Assembly: GCA_030704845.1 (NCBI GenBank)
Contig: JAUYKZ010000006.1
Coordinates: 18,046-82,045 of the forward strand
DNA: 64,000 nt
Direction of reading: 5' to 3'
Source: an archaeon
GTDB taxonomy: Archaea; Nanobdellota; Nanobdellia; Woesearchaeales; GW2011-AR9
Shown here: positions 29,768 through 40,295 of the stretch, piece after piece
Numbering within the stretch: the first letter of the stretch is position 1
Layout of the letters: every line of letters starts with the position of its first letter
The notes under the pieces: generated by a model
What the model saw: the letters and a program-made list of their open reading frames with translations, nothing else
What the model was told of the DNA's origin: nothing
The model's database searches: none
Translations under genes and position numbers: made by a program

Positions 29768-29830
29768 ATGGCCGCTAAAAAGAAAGCTGCAGCTAAAAAA
29801 TCAGGAGCTAAGAAGAAAGGTAAAAAATAG
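29768..29830 (+). CDS. 20-aa Lys/Ala-rich basic micro-peptide (MAAKKKAAAKKSGAKKKGKK)
   Basis: AAGGAGGTGA Shine-Dalgarno 7 nt before the ATG; followed by T-rich terminator. Confidence 0.25.
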   Translation: MAAKKKAAAKKSGAKKKGKK

Positions 29831-29927
29831 GAGCATCGTTATTTTTGACTTTCTAACCTGAACATTTTATTTTTTTTTATTTTTTTGTTTATTCTTAAAA
29901 AATTGTGATGTCAAAATCCTTAATGTA

Positions 29928-30881
29928 TTATTTATTCTCGGGATTAATTATCAAATCGCATACTACCGACTTATGATCAGAATAATATACATCAGGAACA
30001 AAACAATCCTCGTAAATGAAATGTTTGCTTGCAATGATGTGATCTATGGCAACCGGATCATTATTAGAAGTAGGAAATTTTCCATCGTCTTTGAATAAAC
30101 TGAAATAGCCAGTATTTAGTAAAACATTAATAGCTGGACCACCAGGTTCAGTATTCAAATCGCCGGTAATGATTACTGGAGTATCTTCTATAAGATCATC
30201 TAGAACTTCATCCCTAATAATCTCAGCTTGACCGGTTTTATCTCCCCCACCAAGATGAGTATTAACAAAATTGATCTTGCGGCCGTTATCAAGATAGATA
30301 TCCATGAAACTATGTTCCCCAACAAAAGTGTCTACGAAAGAATCAGTTTTATCCAACGAAAGATTCCTGCCGGAAAGTGGATATTTACTAAGCACCCCAT
30401 TGCCGCAATGAATCTGAAAAAATAGTTGAGAATTCCATTTAGTGCCATAAGCATAATACTTCATACCTGTTTTTTCGGAGAGATATCTTAATTGGTCAAC
30501 TTCAAAACTCCAATAAGCATTAAAATCTATTTCGTTTAATGAAACTACTTCCGGATTAATTTGAATTATTAACTCAGCAATTTCATCAAGTTTACGATAC
30601 ATGCTTTCTTTGGTCATCTGAGAATTTAAACCAAACTCATAAAAGAATGAACCATAACTTCTAGGAAATCTTGATACATTCACTGGACCTCTACCATGGG
30701 CAATGTTATAAGTCATTACTCTAAGAGCATTATTACCATCAACATCGGGCATCTCTTGATTAATTGAAAGATTAATATTTGTTCTATCAGAGAAGTCTGG
30801 ACTGGTCGTATAATGTGATCCGCAAGAAGATAGAATTAACGATAATGCGGAATGTTTAAGAAAATCGAATAAACCTTTCAT
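29928..30881 (-). CDS. Endonuclease/exonuclease/phosphatase (EEP) family lipoprotein
   Basis: Lipobox-like LILSSCGS; EEP motifs VMTYNIAHGRG, GDLNTEP, SDHKSV. Confidence 0.6.
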   Translation of the reverse strand: MKGLFDFLKHSALSLILSSCGSHYTTSPDFSDRTNINLSINQEMPDVDGNNALRVMTYNIAHGRGPVNVSRFPRSYGSFFYEFGLNSQMTKESMYRKLDEIAELIIQINPEVVSLNEIDFNAYWSFEVDQLRYLSEKTGMKYYAYGTKWNSQLFFQIHCGNGVLSKYPLSGRNLSLDKTDSFVDTFVGEHSFMDIYLDNGRKINFVNTHLGGGDKTGQAEIIRDEVLDDLIEDTPVIITGDLNTEPGGPAINVLLNTGYFSLFKDDGKFPTSNNDPVAIDHIIASKHFIYEDCFVPDVYYSDHKSVVCDLIINPENK

Positions 30882-30897
30882 AATAATTATAATAAAC

Positions 30898-31392
30898 CTA
30901 TCCCTTAACCTTCTTAACCTTTAATTTCTTTAATTTCTTGGTTATAGGAATTGTTTGATGACAATGTTCGCAATCTACAAGATATGCTTGGGCACCTTTG
31001 AAGGATTTTCTTTGATATGTCGTAGTTCCTTCACCATCTTTGCCACAATATGGGCAGGTATATTTTGCTTCTAAAGTCAAAGATTCTTCATGTTCTTTTT
31101 TCTCTTCCTCATACCCGCACGAATGACAAACATATTTAATTGCCCTAGTTTTAACCTTACCTTTCTCAATTGGTTTGCCCATTTTATCTTTTTTACATTT
31201 AGGACATTCTTTTCGATAAACCCAAGCTAGAACATTTCCATCATCAATAGAACGATTACTAAAGTAAAGACATTCATCCATTGACGTTGGTACCTTAAGA
31301 GCCATATTTTCAAAATAACCCTGATTATATTTAAATGTTGTTGTTAAGTTACTCCAAGCCACTAGTATACCTATTGAATAATAGACTTTCAA
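30898..31392 (-). CDS. Zinc-ribbon protein with four CxxC pairs
   Basis: CPKCKKD, CHSCGYEE, CPYCGKDG, CEHCHQT. Confidence 0.5.
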   Translation of the reverse strand: MKVYYSIGILVAWSNLTTTFKYNQGYFENMALKVPTSMDECLYFSNRSIDDGNVLAWVYRKECPKCKKDKMGKPIEKGKVKTRAIKYVCHSCGYEEEKKEHEESLTLEAKYTCPYCGKDGEGTTTYQRKSFKGAQAYLVDCEHCHQTIPITKKLKKLKVKKVKG

Positions 31393-31407
31393 CCTTAATG
31401 AAGGATA

Positions 31408-31502
31408 TATACTAAAGTGCCAAAGCTTTCGAACTTATTTTTGGCACTTGATATATATATAAAATGCGTTAATATATTCGAAATCTAACGCATTTTAGTA
31501 TA
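31408..31502. repeat. Copy A of a ~95-nt element with two internal hairpins and TATACTAAA...TTTAGTATA termini
   Basis: Near-identical (2-nt indel in an AT run) to the reverse complement of 49461..49554. Confidence 0.7.
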
Positions 31503-31596
31503 AATAAATCAAATAAAAAAAGGTTATGATTTTGAAGGAAACGAAATACCTTCAAATAGAATAGTCTGTGAATATTTTAGAATTTGCCGATAACAG

Positions 31597-32418
31597 TTAA
31601 ACAATCCGTTTTATTTCGATACTTATCGCTTTCCGATTAACTCGAATATATCTTGGACATTCTGTCCATTCAAGGTCGTTTACCTTACAATAAGAGATTA
31701 ATTTTTCTTTCTCGGCATCAGTAGAAAATGCTACAACTACAACAAATCCGAGATCCGTTGGATGAAGGATTTCTAATGAAGATAAATCGTCAATTACTTT
31801 TTTTCGTATTGTTAAAAGGGAATTTATTCTTTCTGGAAGTTCAGTTAATTTTTTTTCGATGATATTTAAAGAACTTTCATCTACTAACTCTTCTACATTT
31901 AATTTATTAAATATCTTATCATCCTTACAAGAAATAAATCCGCCAACATGAGCTTCCACTAATTTCCATTCTCCAAAGCTCCCAACCATAATATCAGCAT
32001 AATTACCATCACAAAGAGAAGTGCCGATACAACCAGAAACGTCCATGATTACTAAACAATCGTTCTTTTCACATAATTCAAATATTCTCTTAGAATTCTG
32101 TTCTGCAAAATATCCCCCGGGATTTTCATAAAGGAAAGCCGACGGTTTCAGTTTGATTAATTTATCTTCAAGGTCAATCAAATCGATAACCGCATCATTA
32201 CATTTTACTTCAATTTCTTGCAATCCTTGTTTTTTAGGAAGAGTTCTATAACTTAACCAGCCACCTTCTTCCGGAATTAATATTGTACTACTTTCAGCAA
32301 AAATAGAAAGGGCAGCTGCAATAGCAGTATTACCTCGAGTGGTTATCTTTAGATGAGAATGACCAGTAAGACTTATAATTTTATTAGATACGACTTCCAC
32401 GACACTTAAATGATTCAT
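31597..32418 (-). CDS. Short fold-type-I PLP-dependent enzyme-like protein (aminotransferase/desulfurase-like). Tentative.
   Basis: TTRGNTAIAAAL, IMDVSGCIG, SFGEWK motifs. Confidence 0.35.
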   Translation of the reverse strand: MNHLSVVEVVSNKIISLTGHSHLKITTRGNTAIAAALSIFAESSTILIPEEGGWLSYRTLPKKQGLQEIEVKCNDAVIDLIDLEDKLIKLKPSAFLYENPGGYFAEQNSKRIFELCEKNDCLVIMDVSGCIGTSLCDGNYADIMVGSFGEWKLVEAHVGGFISCKDDKIFNKLNVEELVDESSLNIIEKKLTELPERINSLLTIRKKVIDDLSSLEILHPTDLGFVVVVAFSTDAEKEKLISYCKVNDLEWTECPRYIRVNRKAISIEIKRIV

Positions 32419-32441
32419 GAACCTTTAATTAAGCTAGTTTA

Positions 32442-33545
32442 TTAAATATCTTTCCGTGAGAATTTTAATTCCCAAAGTAAGCGGTTAATCACGGCTTTCT
32501 GGGAAACAATACCTGAGAGTTTACCTTTCTCCATTACCGGAAGTACTTCCATGTTTCTTTCAGAGAATAAGCGGAAAGCATCATAAACCGATTGGGAAGG
32601 TTTCAAGGAATCCACTGAATTATAACCTGGAGTGATTTGGCGAAGAGTAATCCTTGATTGAATCTTTGGAGGCACTTTTGAGATTTGTTTTATATCAAGT
32701 AATCCAAGAAAATTTTTTCCTTTCACAACAAAAACATCCACTTCAGTATTTTTATATTTCTGAAGGAAATTACTGAAACTCATGCTGGGATCTAATGTAA
32801 GAAATTTTTTCTGAATTAATTCTTTAAGAGAGATTTTACCTAGAGCTTCCTTGATAACAACCTGTTCATAACTTGCACCGGCAATGAAATATAAAAACAT
32901 CCCAATAAGAATAAACCAAAGACCACCACCACTAAAGGTAAGTATTCCAAGAACGATAAGTAGTAGTGCTACAATTCTTCCACCATAAGAAGCTATCCTG
33001 GTAGCTTTTCGTAGATCTTTATAATGCCAAAATAATATTGCTCTAAAGGCTCTTCCACCATCTAAAGGATATCCTGGTACAAGATTAAATGCTCCAACAA
33101 TGAAATTTATTTGGTAAAGGTAATATGATATGGCATGAAGATATCCATTTCCATTAAAGGCATAGATCAAATAAAATAAACCGGCGATAGAAAATGAAAA
33201 TATTGGTCCAGCGATGGCCATCAGGAATTCTGAAGCAGGTTCAAGATCTTCCCTAGTTATTCCGGCAACTCCACCAAAAAAGAACAAAGTAATACTCTCA
33301 ACTTTGATTTTTCTAAATCTAGCTACAATTGAATGACTTAGTTCATGTAATAAAACTGAAACGAAGAGAAGTAATGAAGAGATAACTCCCATAACCCAAT
33401 ATTCGATAGAGGTATATGTCGGGAAGAAAACTGGAAAGAAAGCCGTAGATAAACTCCAGGTCAAAATAGCAAAGATAATCCACCAAGAATAATGTAATCG
33501 GATATCAATCCCTAAAATAGTAAAGAGTTTTAAACCTTTCTTCAT
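32442..33545 (-). CDS. Site-2 protease (M50) family metalloprotease with a C-terminal CBS domain pair
   Basis: HELSHSIVAR HExxH in a TM helix; multiple TM; CBS-like C-terminus. Confidence 0.8.
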   Translation of the reverse strand: MKKGLKLFTILGIDIRLHYSWWIIFAILTWSLSTAFFPVFFPTYTSIEYWVMGVISSLLLFVSVLLHELSHSIVARFRKIKVESITLFFFGGVAGITREDLEPASEFLMAIAGPIFSFSIAGLFYLIYAFNGNGYLHAISYYLYQINFIVGAFNLVPGYPLDGGRAFRAILFWHYKDLRKATRIASYGGRIVALLLIVLGILTFSGGGLWFILIGMFLYFIAGASYEQVVIKEALGKISLKELIQKKFLTLDPSMSFSNFLQKYKNTEVDVFVVKGKNFLGLLDIKQISKVPPKIQSRITLRQITPGYNSVDSLKPSQSVYDAFRLFSERNMEVLPVMEKGKLSGIVSQKAVINRLLWELKFSRKDI

Positions 33546-33624
33546 AATATTAAGAAGAATTATTTACTTTAAAAGAATGTGTGTTCATTTTAGAATAAGA
33601 AAAAAAAGAAAAAAAAGTTAAAAA

Positions 33625-34176
33625 CTAATTGTTACAAGTTCCCGCTTTTTCACATTGGGATAGATGAGTAGTTACATCCATACATCCAGAGTAGGTAGTA
33701 TTATCAGTTCTACACCAACTATTGTAACTTTGACAATCAAATGTTCCTGTTGAATTAGTTGCTACAGCCATATTACAACTAGGAGCTGCAACTGGAGCTA
33801 CACATTGAGCATCTTTAACACCAACCGTTTCACATCCGTCTTCACAAGCAGTAACACATAATCTTACAATACCATTAACACAACTGACTTCTGTTAATTG
33901 GCCAGGAACCCTAGTTGAACATTGATCCCAGGTACCAACATCTTTTTTAGTACTCGTATCGTATCTAATTGAACTATTTGTAATTTGTCTACAATTAAAT
34001 CGAGTTGGATAATCCTTACAAGCACCAGCAATAGCTTGACCAGCAATAGCGCCACCTTCATCTTCCCAATCAAGGTTACCTTCAAAATCCTCTGACGTTT
34101 CCGGTTCAGTAGGAACACAACCAACAACAAGAACAAATAACGCTAAAACACTTAACACCAAAATTAATTTCTTCAT
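33625..34176 (-). CDS. Small Cys-rich secreted protein (lipobox-like Cys after the signal peptide), paralogue of 34261..34620
   Basis: Signal peptide + VVGCVPTEPETSEDFEG; about 16 Cys. Confidence 0.5.
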   Translation of the reverse strand: MKKLILVLSVLALFVLVVGCVPTEPETSEDFEGNLDWEDEGGAIAGQAIAGACKDYPTRFNCRQITNSSIRYDTSTKKDVGTWDQCSTRVPGQLTEVSCVNGIVRLCVTACEDGCETVGVKDAQCVAPVAAPSCNMAVATNSTGTFDCQSYNSWCRTDNTTYSGCMDVTTHLSQCEKAGTCNN

Positions 34177-34260
34177 CTATAAACACCTCATTAAATAAAT
34201 TTTTATTAGAAGAAGAAGAAGAAGAAGAAGTATATATATCTTTCTAAAAATTAAAATTAA

Positions 34261-34620
34261 TCATCTACATGAAGATTTATTTCCACAGCCATCAACACAT
34301 TCAACTTCACAACGCACAAGAACACCTTCAGAACAACTATAATGCAACATTAAATTATCGTAACATTCATTTAACAAAGAAAATGAAACACCAGTTGAGG
34401 TTCTAACATTAACTGAAGCACCATTATCATTACACCCATAACGAACATAACGCTGACAATTATCTGATTGAACAAGATCATTTTCAAATGCATGACCCGC
34501 GATTGAACCTCTGATTGCTTGTTCCTCAAACTCTTCTTGATTTAATGGCTCGCTAGGTAGACAACCGGAAATTAATAATAATGTTAAAAAAATAATTATT
34601 GACAATAATATTCTCTTCAT
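34261..34620 (-). CDS. Small Cys-rich secreted protein, paralogue of 33625..34176
   Basis: Signal peptide + LISGCLPSEPLNQEEFEE; about 12 Cys. Confidence 0.5.
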   Translation of the reverse strand: MKRILLSIIIFLTLLLISGCLPSEPLNQEEFEEQAIRGSIAGHAFENDLVQSDNCQRYVRYGCNDNGASVNVRTSTGVSFSLLNECYDNLMLHYSCSEGVLVRCEVECVDGCGNKSSCR

Positions 34621-34904
34621 AATACTTTGAAATAAAATAAAGGTATAAATATCTTTTTAATTTTTTACAGATTGATTTAGACTGCGATCAAACTCTTGAT
34701 AGAACTATTATAGAACTAGTGATTGCTCATCATTAAAGAGCTAGGAAAAACGCAAATAGTTTGTTTGAATATAGCTAAAGCTAATTTTGAAAAAATTAAA
34801 AAAAAAAGAGTAATGAAAAAATCATTACTTGTTTTTGTAAAAAAAAACAAGAGGACAAAAGCCCTCTTGTTTTGTAAGGAAAACCATATGTACATTTAAC
34901 ACAA

Positions 34905-37800
34905 AAATTGTGAACGTTAGTAAGCGCATGCTGAATACCTCGTTGCCTTGGTACTTACACATCGCTTCTATCAAACGGCTGTTCTTGCCGTGTTCTAAGG
35001 TGTCTCTTTTCAAGGGGCACTTCGTGCTTAGATGCTTTCAGCACTTATCGCTTATAGCGTAGCTGCCCGGCGTACCTTGTCAGATAACCGGTCGACCAGA
35101 GGCTACGAACCTTCGTTCCTCTCGTACTAAAAGGTCCTTCCTTTCAGACACCCAACACTCCCAGTAGATATCAAACAAACTGCCTCACAGCGTTCTGAAC
35201 CCAGCTCACGAACCCTTTTAATGGGTGAACACCCCCACCCTTGGCAGCTTCTGCACCGCCAGGATAGGATGAGCCGACATCGAAGTAGCAAACCGCGCCG
35301 TCGATATGAACTCTCGGGCGCGACAACTCAGTTATCCCCGGAGTAACTTTTCAGTCATTCCCAGCCCTCATTAAGAAGGCATGGGAGTTCGCTAGGCCAC
35401 ACTTTCGTGTTTGAAGTTCTTTATGTTCGAATTTCAATCAGGCTGGCTTATGCCCTTGCACTCAACTCCGGATTTCTAAACCGGATGAGCCAACCGTTGG
35501 GCGCTATTGATATCTTTTCAACAGCGTGCCACCCCAGCCAAACTGTCCACCAACCGGTGTCCCTTCAAAAGAAGGTAAGTGATGTAATTCATGAAAAGTG
35601 GTGTTACATCGTTGCCTAAGCCAGTATCTGACGACATTGGCCTCAAACGGCTCCCACTTACGCTATATAGCACGAACCACAACACAGCGACAGGCTACAG
35701 TAAAGTTTCACGGGGTCTTCGCTTCCCACTGGAAGTCCCTGGCCTTTGCACCAGGAAAGTGTATTCGGGAGACTCTAGGTTGGGACAGTGGCGATCTCGT
35801 TACACCATTCATGCAAGCCGGCATTCAACCGGCAAGGTATTACGCTACCTTAAGAGAGTTATAGTTACTCCCGCCGTTTACCAGCTCTTCACTCCGTTGA
35901 AACGAAGCTTAAAGTACTGGCACTGGGCAGATGTCACCTTCTATACACAGCGTTACCGCCTAGCAGAAAGTTAAGTTTTTGTTAAACAGTCGGACCGCCT
36001 TTGTTACTGAGCCCTGACATCGCATCCATACGGATACGAAAGCAGGGATCCCTTATACCGAAGGTACGGGACTAATTTGCCGAATTCCCTAACCTAGATT
36101 AAACTCACACATCTTAGGCTTCTCACCTAGGGGCACCTGTGCCGGTTCTGGGTACGGTTACCTTGTATCTATCGTTGTTCCCTTTTCAGGGACTCCAGAA
36201 ATCAGCCAAACAGACCATAGGCCTGCTATTCTACAGTTTACTCTGGTTCTCATCATTACGATACTCCCCAGACTTATCTGCATTAACACTTCAGACAAGA
36301 AGTGTTAGCTTATCCCAAAGCGTCAGAAACAACGCTTGTGTTGCCACGTATAACAAAGTAGTAGTGGAGTATTAACCACTTTCCCTTTCCCGTACATCCG
36401 TTAGGAGTACAGTTAGGACCGACTAACCCTTGGCTGATGAACATCGCCAAGGAACCCTTGCCCTTACGATGACAGGGATTCACACCCTGCTAGGATCCTA
36501 CTCTCACCAGGATTTTCATTCCATAGAGGTCCACTTCTCCTCACGGAGAAGCTTCTGCCCTCTAAAGACGCCTGCCTATACCCACTTATCGTGGTCTATG
36601 GTATCGGCAATCAGCTTAGACCCGTCAATCTTCCGGGCCCACGACCTCAACGAGTAAGCTGTTACGCACTTTTTAAAGGATGGCTGCTTCTAAGCCAACC
36701 TCCTCGCTGTCTCAGATCACGGACACCGTTAACCCTTTCTCACTTAGCTGATATTTAGGGGCCTTAACCATAGGCTGGGTTGTTCCCCTTTCGGAAATCA
36801 AGTTTACCCCAAGATTCCCTGTTTCCCAGAGTCTACAACGTTATGGCATTCGGAGTTGGACAGAAGGCCGACAGGTTTCCCCGCCTAAGCTTCCTATCCG
36901 TAGCTCTACAACCATAACCATCTCGTCTGAGACTTGACTAAGGTCAATTTCGGCAGGAACCTGCTATCGCCGAGCTCGATTGGCTTTTCACCCCTATTCC
37001 CAGGTCAGAAGAACACTTGCACGTAGAACCTCTTCAGACCTCCACGAAGTTTTACCCTCGCTTCATCTTGCCCAGGAATAGATCGCTCGGTTTCAGGTCG
37101 TGTCCATGTGACTTATGGCACTTTCATACCACTCCCCTCGCATGCTGCGGGATCTTGCTTTCGCTTAGGATGCCCCTTTTCGGGTTATCCTCGCCACATA
37201 AACACACTCCCTGGCCCGTTATTCAAAACGCACGGTGGAACTCCTAAAAGCACCACCATACTATAACTACTAGGTTTCAGAGTCTTTTAACTCCCTGTTA
37301 AGGGTTCTTTTCAACTTTCCCTCACGGTACTGTTTTCTATCGGTTTCGAAACGTATTTAGTATTAGAGGTTAATGCCCCCCAGATTCCCACTCCAATATC
37401 GAGGAGTAGTACTCAGGATACTTCCTAAGACCTTTCTTCTTTCCTCTACGGGACTATCACCCTATAGTGTGTTCCTTTCCAGGAAACTTCGAGTCAGAAT
37501 TAAGGCCGTAAGAGAAGTCCTACAACACCACATCTCCATTACCTTACGGCAACGGATTCAGTTTGTACTGGACCGCTTTCAGTCGCTCTTACTAACGGTA
37601 TCTCGGTTGATTTCTTTTCCTGCAGGTACTAAGACGCTTCAATTCCCTGCGTTCCCCGGCTCCAAAGAGCCATCAAAGAGAGAAGTCTCATTCGGAAATC
37701 TTTGGTTCAAAGCTTACGTTCAACTCGCCAAAGCATATCGTAGCTTGTCACGTCCTTCATCGGCGTTTCGAACCGAGTCATCCACCTAGTAGCGTACCTA
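34905..37800 (-). rRNA. 23S rRNA; ends are approximate
   Basis: Sarcin-ricin loop AGTACGAGAGGAAC (reverse complement at ~35110); 5' GGTGGATG...GAAGGACGTG; perfect 19-nt inverted repeats flank it at 34885..34903 and 37807..37825. Confidence 0.9.
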
Positions 37801-37960
37801 GATGTGTTAAATGTACATATGGCTCATTACTATGATGTGATAGCGTATAAGATTAAACCCATACTCCATCATGTTCAACCATTGCCGCCAGGATTTGGCC
37901 ATTCCTGAAGGCACCTATTGCCCGTAACCTCTTTTGAGAGATTTTCGGGAACATTAAATG

Positions 37961-38054
37961 TGGACCCGACGGGATTTGAACCCGTGGCCTCCTGCTTTCT
38001 ATGCTTGTTAAACAAGCGTGCAAGGCAGGCGCTCTCCCCCTGAGCTACGGGCCC
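37961..38054 (-). tRNA. tRNA-Ala(UGC) with a 21-nt intron at canonical position 37/38; CCA not encoded
   Basis: GGGCCCGTAGCTCAGGGGGAGAGCGCCTGCCTTGCA[CGCTTGTTTAACAAGCATAGA]AGCAGGAGGCCACGGGTTCAAATCCCGTCGGGTCCA. Confidence 0.8.
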
Positions 38055-38148
38055 TTTATTGAGGATTGTGATATTTTTATTTGTTAAACAACGTTAACCT
38101 TCCATGATATCAATCAAATTTTTTCTCATGATATTGTGAGTATAAAAA

Positions 38149-39622
<1,474 letters not shown>

Positions 39623-39820
39623 AGAAAATTTGTTTATTTGTACGATCGCGTACTTCCATCTTAAAAGAATTTCTGGATCACCTCGTTCGCACTCAAGATT
39701 AATTGAGCACACATGTTTTAAGATTGGCGATAAACAAAAACGGATAAGTTTTTGATGCTTGCTTAGAGCAAACAATCACCATCCCCGAGGACAAACCTCG
39801 AGTTTTATTCTTGGAATGCA

Positions 39821-39840
39821 GGTTGTTTATAAATGTTTCC
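39821..39840 (-). promoter_or_regulatory. Candidate rRNA operon promoter (GGAAACATTTATAAACAACC on the minus strand)
   Basis: BRE/TATA-like; ~190 nt upstream of the 16S 5' end; motif shared with the rps13 and rpl41e promoters. Confidence 0.3.
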
Positions 39841-40028
39841 CTATTATTTAATTCAATTCTACGGGTGATTTTCAATATTTTTACAACAGAATAGTTTCTA
39901 TAATTATTTTAATGCCTTTTTTTATTAAAATCTTTAGATTAATTCATTGAATTAATTCAAATAAAAGTAGAAAATAAATTAACAATCTGGTTCTAACTAT
40001 CAATGAGATTTAATTAAGTTAAGTATTT

Positions 40029-40078
40029 AAAAATAAATTAAAATAAATTAAAATAATTTAAAATAGATTAAAATGATC
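40029..40078. repeat. Five tandem 10-bp units AAAAT(R)RWTT: phased A-tracts, predicted intrinsically curved DNA
   Basis: aaaataaatt aaaataaatt aaaataattt aaaatagatt aaaatgatct. Confidence 0.3.
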
Positions 40079-40098
40079 TTAAAATTATATTCAAAAAT

Positions 40099-40206
40099 CT
40101 AACTAGCTTGGATTCTTCTACGTCTTTTAGCCTTCTTCATTTTCTTGCGTTGCCATTTCCAACGCATTTGGCCTTTCTTTTTCCAACGTCGTGAGCTTCT
40201 TTTCAT
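40099..40206 (-). CDS. rpl41e: 50S ribosomal protein L41e (eL41), 35 aa: MKRSSRRWKKKGQMRWKWQRKKMKKAKRRRRIQAS. Absent from the six-frame ORF track because it is under 60 aa.
   Basis: WKKKGxMRWKW matches the archaeal L41e core as recalled; TTTATAAA box 25 nt upstream implies a leaderless transcript. Confidence 0.55.
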   Translation of the reverse strand: MKRSSRRWKKKGQMRWKWQRKKMKKAKRRRRIQAS

Positions 40207-40295
40207 CTTTTGCTGTGGAGAAGTAATCCGTTTATAAATGTTTCTACGAGCAATTGTGTATCTTACCCTAAACACTTAACCTTCCGATAAGTTGT

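Noticed and set aside
34208-34231. (GAA)8 microsatellite between the two Cys-rich paralogues
   Set aside because: Simple intergenic repeat; noted only as a possible slippage site.
40020-40080. AT-rich tandem repeat considered as a CRISPR array
   Set aside because: Units are 10 bp with no spacers and no palindromic repeats; not CRISPR-like. No cas genes in the window.
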